Shown: positions 58,610 through 64,000 of the stretch, one piece after another
Layout: every line of letters starts with the position of its first letter
Position numbering within the stretch: position 1 is the stretch's first letter
Assembly (NCBI GenBank): GCA_021792255.1
Contig: JAJYUZ010000002.1
Span: 107,911-171,910 of the forward strand
Length of the DNA stretch: 64,000 nt
Source: Thermoplasmata archaeon
GTDB lineage: Archaea; Thermoplasmatota; Thermoplasmata; Thermoplasmatales; GCA-001856825
Reading direction: 5' to 3'
Made by a program: the position numbers and the translations under genes
Notes under the pieces: generated by a model
The model's database searches: none
What the model was told of the DNA's origin: nothing
The model's input: only the letters and a program-made list of their open reading frames with translations

Positions 58610-59548
58610 TCAACCCAGATATCCCACGAAGTGGTGAGCAATCATGCCGATTACGAATGTCGCAAGGAAACCTAGTGTGACCAACCCGAGTGATCTCAAA
58701 AGATCCCGGCTAAGCTTTCCGCTCGACTGAATTGATATCACAGAAGTCACGATTCCATCTACGATCATAACAAGCACAAACGCGGTGATGAGGGCAGGGT
58801 ATCTCTGGAGAAACAGGAATGGGAAGATTGGCACTATGGCACCAATGAAATAGTACAGGGCAGTGTTTGCTGCTGCTTTTCTTGCCGTATATCCGTGGGA
58901 TGCATCAATCTGCGCCTTCGCGTGTTCTGATAGATAAGCACCTATAGTCATTGAAACTAGACCGGATGCTCCGAATACAACTCCTCCCACTGCAACGTAG
59001 ATGTTGTTAATGAAAACCCCGCTAAGTCCGGCAACACTGGCTAAAACCTCTATCAGTCCATCAGACAAACCGTAGATAGCATCTCTTACGGTCTCTGCAT
59101 TCCCTTTCAGGTCTGCTATCATTTTTATGAAGACAGCTTCGTGTTCTCTCTCATCCTTCAGAATCTTGGCAAGTTGATCTTTTTCCCACTGTTCCTTCGA
59201 TTCCCTCTCAATATATTCTGAGTACTCTCTGATTGCATCTACTTCTCCTCCCTCAAGGTAGCGAACCAGAAACGAAATGCCAAATATTCTCTGAAGAAAG
59301 CCCAGATAGGAGAAATATCCAGGTCTCCTTTTCTTGAAGCGTGGAGGGGTTCTTCCCTTTCTCTTGATTATCTCTGCCCAGAAATTGGCGTGAGCCGACT
59401 CAATCGATGATAGGTCCATAAGTTTCTTTGCAATATTCTCATCTCTTTCGCTTCTCCTTAATGACGATGACATCCTTTTGGAGATTTTTTCGTAGAGATC
59501 AGCATCATTCAATTCATTCTGATAAAAAGTTTCAGGGCTATTTACCAC
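58610..59548 (-). CDS. VIT1/CCC1 transporter with N-terminal ferritin/rubrerythrin-like domain
   Basis: E..HA and DE.EHE di-iron-type motifs, then RDAIYGLSDGL and SM.IGAYLS (VIT1). Confidence 0.88.
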   Translation of the reverse strand: MVNSPETFYQNELNDADLYEKISKRMSSSLRRSERDENIAKKLMDLSSIESAHANFWAEIIKRKGRTPPRFKKRRPGYFSYLGFLQRIFGISFLVRYLEGGEVDAIREYSEYIERESKEQWEKDQLAKILKDEREHEAVFIKMIADLKGNAETVRDAIYGLSDGLIEVLASVAGLSGVFINNIYVAVGGVVFGASGLVSMTIGAYLSEHAKAQIDASHGYTARKAAANTALYYFIGAIVPIFPFLFLQRYPALITAFVLVMIVDGIVTSVISIQSSGKLSRDLLRSLGLVTLGFLATFVIGMIAHHFVGYLG

Positions 59549-59651
59549 TCAAATGCATCTTAAAATGATTATTAACTGTTTCTAGGCGGCGCTTCTAAAA
59601 GTACGCCCAGGAAAGAATAAATCTTTTTAATGCATCAGGTGAGGTGGTAAA

Positions 59652-60971
59652 ATGACCCAGAACGTTTTAATCATGGGAGCAGCCGGTCGTGATTTCCACA
59701 ATTTCAACACGTATTTTAGAAACAAAGCAGAATACAACGTTGTAGGATTCACGGCAACTCAGATACCAAACATTGAGGGAAGGACCTATCCAAAGGAACT
59801 TGCCGGAAAGCTCTATCCCAAGGGAATACCCATATATCCGGAATCTGACCTAACGGAACTAATAAGAGATAAGAAAATCGATCTTGTGGTATTTTCATAT
59901 TCTGATGTTCCTCACGAGTACGTGATGCACAAGGGATCGGAGGTTCTTGCAGCTGGTGCAAACTATCTTCTTCTAGGACCCAAGGATACTCAAATAAAGA
60001 GCAAGAAGCCTCTGATTTCAATCTGCGCCGTAAGGACCGGATCGGGCAAGTCTCAGACCACGAGGAGAGTTGAAGACATTCTGGTGGGAATGGGGAAAAA
60101 GGTAGTTGCTATCAGACATCCGATGCCGTATGGAAACCTTCTTGAACAAAAGGTCCAAAGGTTTGCAACGATGGAAGACTTGGTAAAACAGAAATGCACG
60201 ATTGAAGAGAGGGAAGAGTACGAGCCACACATAAAAAGAAACGTGGTTATATACGCCGGCGTCGATTACGAAGCGATACTGAGACAGGCCGAGAAGGAGG
60301 GCGATATTGTTCTCTGGGACGGAGGAAACAACGATTTCTCGTTCTACGAGAGCGATCTCGAGATAGTCGTGGCAGATCCTCATAGAGCCGGGCACGAAAT
60401 TAAGTATCACCCGGGAGAAGTCAACCTACGTTCAGCAGATGTAATTGTGATCAACAAGGAAGAGACGGCAACTCTCGAGAACATAAACGCGGTGAGAGAG
60501 AACATAAGGAAGTTCAACCCTAAGGCTATAGTTGTCGATGGCGCATCACCCTTCTTCAGCGGAGATGCCGATAAAGTAAGCGGGAAGAGGGTACTGGCAA
60601 TAGAGGACGGTCCGACCCTCACACACGGCGAAATGAGCTATGGAGCCGCGGTCCTTTTCTCTATCAAGTATGGAGCTTCTGAGTTGGTCGATGCTAAAGA
60701 GTTTGCAAAAGGAACGATCAAAGGAGTGTATGAAAAATACAAGCAGGTCCATAATTATCTGCCAGCGATGGGATATTCTCCAAAACAAGTGAAGGATTTG
60801 GAAGCAACGATCAATTCAACTCCTGCAGACGTAGTGGTTTCTGGAACTCCCATTGACCTGACGAAAATCGTGAAAATCAATAAGCCTCTGATAAACGTCA
60901 AGTACGAACTTCAGGAAATTGGGAAACCTGACCTGACGGACATATTGGCGAAATTCGTCAAGACACACTAG
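59652..60971 (+). CDS. Cyclic 2,3-diphosphoglycerate synthase-like P-loop protein (COG2403)
   Basis: MGAAGRDFHNFN, AVRTG.GKSQ, RHPMPYG, TIEEREEYEPH, WDGGNND and EDGPTLTHG. Confidence 0.88.
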   Translation: MTQNVLIMGAAGRDFHNFNTYFRNKAEYNVVGFTATQIPNIEGRTYPKELAGKLYPKGIPIYPESDLTELIRDKKIDLVVFSYSDVPHEYVMHKGSEVLAAGANYLLLGPKDTQIKSKKPLISICAVRTGSGKSQTTRRVEDILVGMGKKVVAIRHPMPYGNLLEQKVQRFATMEDLVKQKCTIEEREEYEPHIKRNVVIYAGVDYEAILRQAEKEGDIVLWDGGNNDFSFYESDLEIVVADPHRAGHEIKYHPGEVNLRSADVIVINKEETATLENINAVRENIRKFNPKAIVVDGASPFFSGDADKVSGKRVLAIEDGPTLTHGEMSYGAAVLFSIKYGASELVDAKEFAKGTIKGVYEKYKQVHNYLPAMGYSPKQVKDLEATINSTPADVVVSGTPIDLTKIVKINKPLINVKYELQEIGKPDLTDILAKFVKTH

Positions 60972-61209
60972 AGACGCTTGATTCTATTTTTTTTATTAAT
61001 CCTTCTTTACTCCCTTCCCATTCGACTTCTATCTTTTTCACTATCTTCCGTGGTACTCTTGGATATCTAGCCTCATATACGGTGTAGTTTAGATTCATTG
61101 AGTTAATAATTTCGAACAATTTATGGGAGGGAAAATTCTTCTTGACTCTTCTTCCCATCTTTCTGGTTATAGAAGTGTCGAAATAAGTTTCCCAGAGTGT
61201 TCGCTTCAT
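60958..61209 (-). CDS. srp19: Signal recognition particle protein SRP19
   Basis: LW..YFD...TRK.GRRV and YPR; follows rps8e. Confidence 0.82.
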   Translation of the reverse strand: MKRTLWETYFDTSITRKMGRRVKKNFPSHKLFEIINSMNLNYTVYEARYPRVPRKIVKKIEVEWEGSKEGLIKKIESSVSSVS

Positions 61210-61589
61210 TTCTGGATTAGAACTGCGCTTATTCTTCCACTCTGGCCAGGTCTTGACGTCACTCTCGCATTACCAAGTTCCGTGACGACTATGGCTCCCC
61301 TTGTGATTATGTTTCTCTGAGCATAGTGCGGATCTGCAATATTTTCCAGCACATTCAGAATCTTAACCTTCTTTGTGACCTTACTCTTTGGATTTGTCAC
61401 GTCAACTTCATTCCCACTCAAAAGGACCGATTTATTGTTTCCCCCCATACCCCAAACTTGCTTTCTCTTGACCTTTCCCAACACAGTTAGAGTAGGCTCG
61501 TTTCCGAGTTCGAATCTCTTTTTGTGCCTGTTCGATCTGAGTTTCCCACCACTTATCTTTCCCCTTGCCTTCCCGTGATATATGGCCAT
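61206..61589 (-). CDS. rps8e: 30S ribosomal protein S8e
   Basis: KKRFELG, GGN.K, RNIITRGAIV.TELG.ARVTSRPGQ.G. Confidence 0.97.
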   Translation of the reverse strand: MAIYHGKARGKISGGKLRSNRHKKRFELGNEPTLTVLGKVKRKQVWGMGGNNKSVLLSGNEVDVTNPKSKVTKKVKILNVLENIADPHYAQRNIITRGAIVVTELGNARVTSRPGQSGRISAVLIQK

Positions 61590-61692
61590 GTGAGACGGCT
61601 ATGAAAAAAAGGTAGTTAAACCTTTCACTTAACCTAGAACGGAGCAGAAATGTTATAGTACACCGGTTCTGCTCATTGAACTGGTTGTTTTT

Positions 61693-62847
61693 TTACCTCT
61701 TGTTGATGGGAACGTACGGTAGGTCGAGTGAACCAATGTACCATTCGACCGGCCTGACAATCTTGTTGTTGTTCCAATATTCGACTATATGCGATCCCCA
61801 GCCAGCCATCCTTGACGCAACGAATATCGGAGTAAACATCTCGCTTTCTATCCCCAAAACTCTGTAAAGTGGTCCGGCAAAAAAGTCAATGTTTGGCCAA
61901 ATCCCCTTCGACTTCCCTAACTTATCTATCATGAGTTTTTCTGCGCGGAGTGCGATCTGCAGGTGCCTCTTTATTTCGTCAGATGGTTCTTTTTCCAGGC
62001 TCTCTTCTAAATAGCTCCTCACGAGTTTCGCTCTAGGGTCGTACGTCTTATACACTCTATGTCCAAATCCCATGATCCGCTGCTTGCCTTCCAGCGCTTC
62101 CTCGATGTATTTTTCTGTGTTGTCAGGACTACCTATGGCATTTATCATTTTTAGTGCAGCCTCATCAGCACCGCCGTGGAGTGGTCCCTTTAGGGTTCCT
62201 ATTCCAGATGTCGTTGCCGCATATACATCGGCAAGTGTCGAGGCAGTCACCAGCACAGAGAAAGTAGACGCGTTGGTACTGTGCTCTGCGTGAAGAATGA
62301 ACATTAGATCTATGAGCTTAGATTCAAACTCGTTTGGCCTCTTTCCATTTATCATATAAAGGAAATTTACCGAATGTCCTAGAGACTTGTCAGGAGGGAT
62401 ATATTCCTTCTTTTCTCTGAATCTTCCAGTGGCTGCAGCGATCGTCGGTAGTTTCGCTATTAGTGTTATAACTTTATCTATCGTTGCGTCAAGGTTTCTG
62501 TTATTTGGATCTTTATCATACATAACCAGCATTGACGCCGCCGTCCTCATGACGTCCATCGGATGTGATGTGGGCGCCATGACTTTAATGACATCTCTGA
62601 CCTCCTTTGGGATATCTCTTCTGTCCTTCAGCTTGCCTGTGAAATCATCGTATTCATTCTTAGTTGGTAGTTTTCCGTACAATAGGAGGTAAGACACTTC
62701 CTCAAAGTTTGACTGCTCTGCAAGATTTTCAATTGAGTATCCTCTGTACCACAATTTACCATTCTGTCCATCAACTTTTGAGATGGAGCTTTCGTCAACA
62801 TAAATCCCTTCTAAACCATAATTTATTGTGGGTTTTGCGGTATTCAC
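61693..62847 (-). CDS. gltA: Citrate synthase (possibly bifunctional 2-methylcitrate synthase)
   Basis: GLEG, L.YRGY, HAEH..NAST, LKGPLHGGA, MGFGHRVYK.YDPR and PNIDF. Confidence 0.95.
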   Translation of the reverse strand: MNTAKPTINYGLEGIYVDESSISKVDGQNGKLWYRGYSIENLAEQSNFEEVSYLLLYGKLPTKNEYDDFTGKLKDRRDIPKEVRDVIKVMAPTSHPMDVMRTAASMLVMYDKDPNNRNLDATIDKVITLIAKLPTIAAATGRFREKKEYIPPDKSLGHSVNFLYMINGKRPNEFESKLIDLMFILHAEHSTNASTFSVLVTASTLADVYAATTSGIGTLKGPLHGGADEAALKMINAIGSPDNTEKYIEEALEGKQRIMGFGHRVYKTYDPRAKLVRSYLEESLEKEPSDEIKRHLQIALRAEKLMIDKLGKSKGIWPNIDFFAGPLYRVLGIESEMFTPIFVASRMAGWGSHIVEYWNNNKIVRPVEWYIGSLDLPYVPINKR

Positions 62848-62949
62848 TTAGATCACGAATTGCAATGGAAGTTAAATACTTAAGTCTACCTTGAATTTAG
62901 GTGAAACTAACGAAAGAAATCCTTATTGCTCTATTTAGAATATATAAAA

Positions 62950-64000
62950 ATGAAAACAGCGCTCCTCTTAATTTTCGTACTTGCATTTCTCATTATAGTA
63001 TCAATTCCGGTAGGACACTCCGAAACAAAATCTTTGGTTATTATAAATTTCAGTTACACCGTAGACAGAGGAGCACAGGATTATTTTCAGTCCGTCCTAT
63101 CGTACGCGGTTTCCCACAATGACCCAGTCATAATAGTTATGAACACTCCTGGTGGCTATCTGACAAACGGGTTCGCAATGGTCAACTATACTATCGCTGC
63201 AGAAAAAACGATTTCCGTCACCACTTACGTGCCTCCAGGTGACATGGCTGCGTCTGCAGGTTCGTACATTGCCCTTGCTTCAAATTATGTATACATGGCC
63301 AACGCGAGTTTCATCGGGCCTTCAGAACCCTACATCATAGGAGGAACAGCTCTGGAACAGCAGCACGTCACTAACGCCTCGTTGGCATTAATGGACTCCC
63401 TAGCGCAACTGCACGGATGGAATCAATCCGCCATCTACCAAATGGTCGAGCACAATGTCGCGTACACCTCTCAAAATGCTTCTAAGATCGGACTGATAAC
63501 GGGCATTTCAGAAAACCTTTCAGGTGTAGTTCAAAAGCTTGGATATGGAGGGCTTCCTCAGATTCAATTCTATGAAAATTATGTCCAACAATTCGAGTCA
63601 TTCCTTTCAAATTCTACCGTGGCAGATTTTCTCATATTGATAGGAGCAGTGGCAATTCTTCTGGACATTTACCATGGGTCGATCGCTCTGAGTGTTGCAG
63701 GAATAGTTGCCCTTGCGCTGGGATTCTGGGGAGTTACTTTGGTCGGTTTTCAACCAGTCGCGATTCTCTTTATGGTCATGGGCATAGCGTTAATATTTTT
63801 GGAGATTAAGCTGGGTCACGGTCTGGCAATGATAGGAGGGGTGGTCTTGGTCATTGCTGGAGGGTTGATCCTGATGCTTGGTGTTGGTTATTCTTCTGAT
63901 AATCCACTTCTAAGTGGGACCAACTATGCCCTTATAGCACTGGAAGCCACGGTCCTGCCAATTGGCGCTCTCTACTTAATAGGCATAAGGAAGGCGGTAA
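62950..64000 (+). CDS. nfeD: NfeD/STOPP membrane-bound serine protease (3' truncated by window edge; not in ORF track)
   Basis: Manual translation from ATG 62950: signal peptide, MNTPGG, AASAGSYI, IGPSEP, then TM helices; frame is open to the window end. Confidence 0.88.
   Translation, partial: MKTALLLIFVLAFLIIVSIPVGHSETKSLVIINFSYTVDRGAQDYFQSVLSYAVSHNDPVIIVMNTPGGYLTNGFAMVNYTIAAEKTISVTTYVPPGDMAASAGSYIALASNYVYMANASFIGPSEPYIIGGTALEQQHVTNASLALMDSLAQLHGWNQSAIYQMVEHNVAYTSQNASKIGLITGISENLSGVVQKLGYGGLPQIQFYENYVQQFESFLSNSTVADFLILIGAVAILLDIYHGSIALSVAGIVALALGFWGVTLVGFQPVAILFMVMGIALIFLEIKLGHGLAMIGGVVLVIAGGLILMLGVGYSSDNPLLSGTNYALIALEATVLPIGALYLIGIRKAV

Noticed and set aside
61642-61674. Inverted repeat GAGCAGAA...TTCTGCTC downstream of gltA
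   Set aside because: Single 8-bp stem, plausibly a terminator or stability hairpin; not enough to call.
115-62894. Many 60-180-aa antisense or alternate-frame ORFs in the track (e.g. 9422-9901, 43537-44076, 33472-33930)
   Set aside because: They overlap well-supported genes and have shadow-ORF composition without motifs.
62901-63122. 73-aa ORF from the track
   Set aside because: Out-of-frame shadow of nfeD, which starts at 62950.
1-64000. CRISPR arrays, rRNA, SRP/RNase P RNA, transposases, integrases, inteins
   Set aside because: No regularly spaced repeats or recognisable signatures seen by eye; rfcS and rfcL have normal lengths. A covariance-model search could still find small RNAs.

Overview
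Gene-dense archaeal chromosomal window, most likely from a Thermoplasmata (Thermoplasmatales-like) organism. Evidence: the psmA N-terminus [27 protein letters not shown], a Thermoplasma-type glucose dehydrogenase and citrate synthase, a single-OB SSB, TBP, the exosome, Tes and EgsA. It is mostly core genome: partial valS; the proteasome-exosome-rpoP-pus10-L21e-rpoF-ksgA gene string; ychF, egsA, ahcY; a DtxR-NRAMP pair; purB; eIF5A-speB; rfcS-hjc, speH, ssb; a glucose/non-phosphorylative Entner-Doudoroff cluster; dph2, purN, tes, prpB, hutH, hisS, icd, tbp, rfcL, mtnA, trpS, srp19, rps8e, gltA; and partial nfeD. There are two intronless tRNAs (Ser-TGA, Ala-CGC). I saw no CRISPR array, rRNA, transposase, integrase or prophage, and no clearly new multi-gene system. 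Best leads: (1) a KynB/cyclase-family hydrolase translationally coupled between gluconate dehydratase and glucose dehydrogenase, a candidate gluconolactonase; (2) hjc with no canonical start upstream of its catalytic Glu (likely ACG start); (3) ValRS with KMSKS replaced by PMHAS; (4) an 82-aa Pop5-like protein coupled to tbp; (5) a palindromic DtxR-type operator; (6) an inverted TATA pair at the tbp promoter; (7) a standalone HNH nuclease with interleaved inverted repeats upstream. All calls come from motif recognition by eye; no searches were run.
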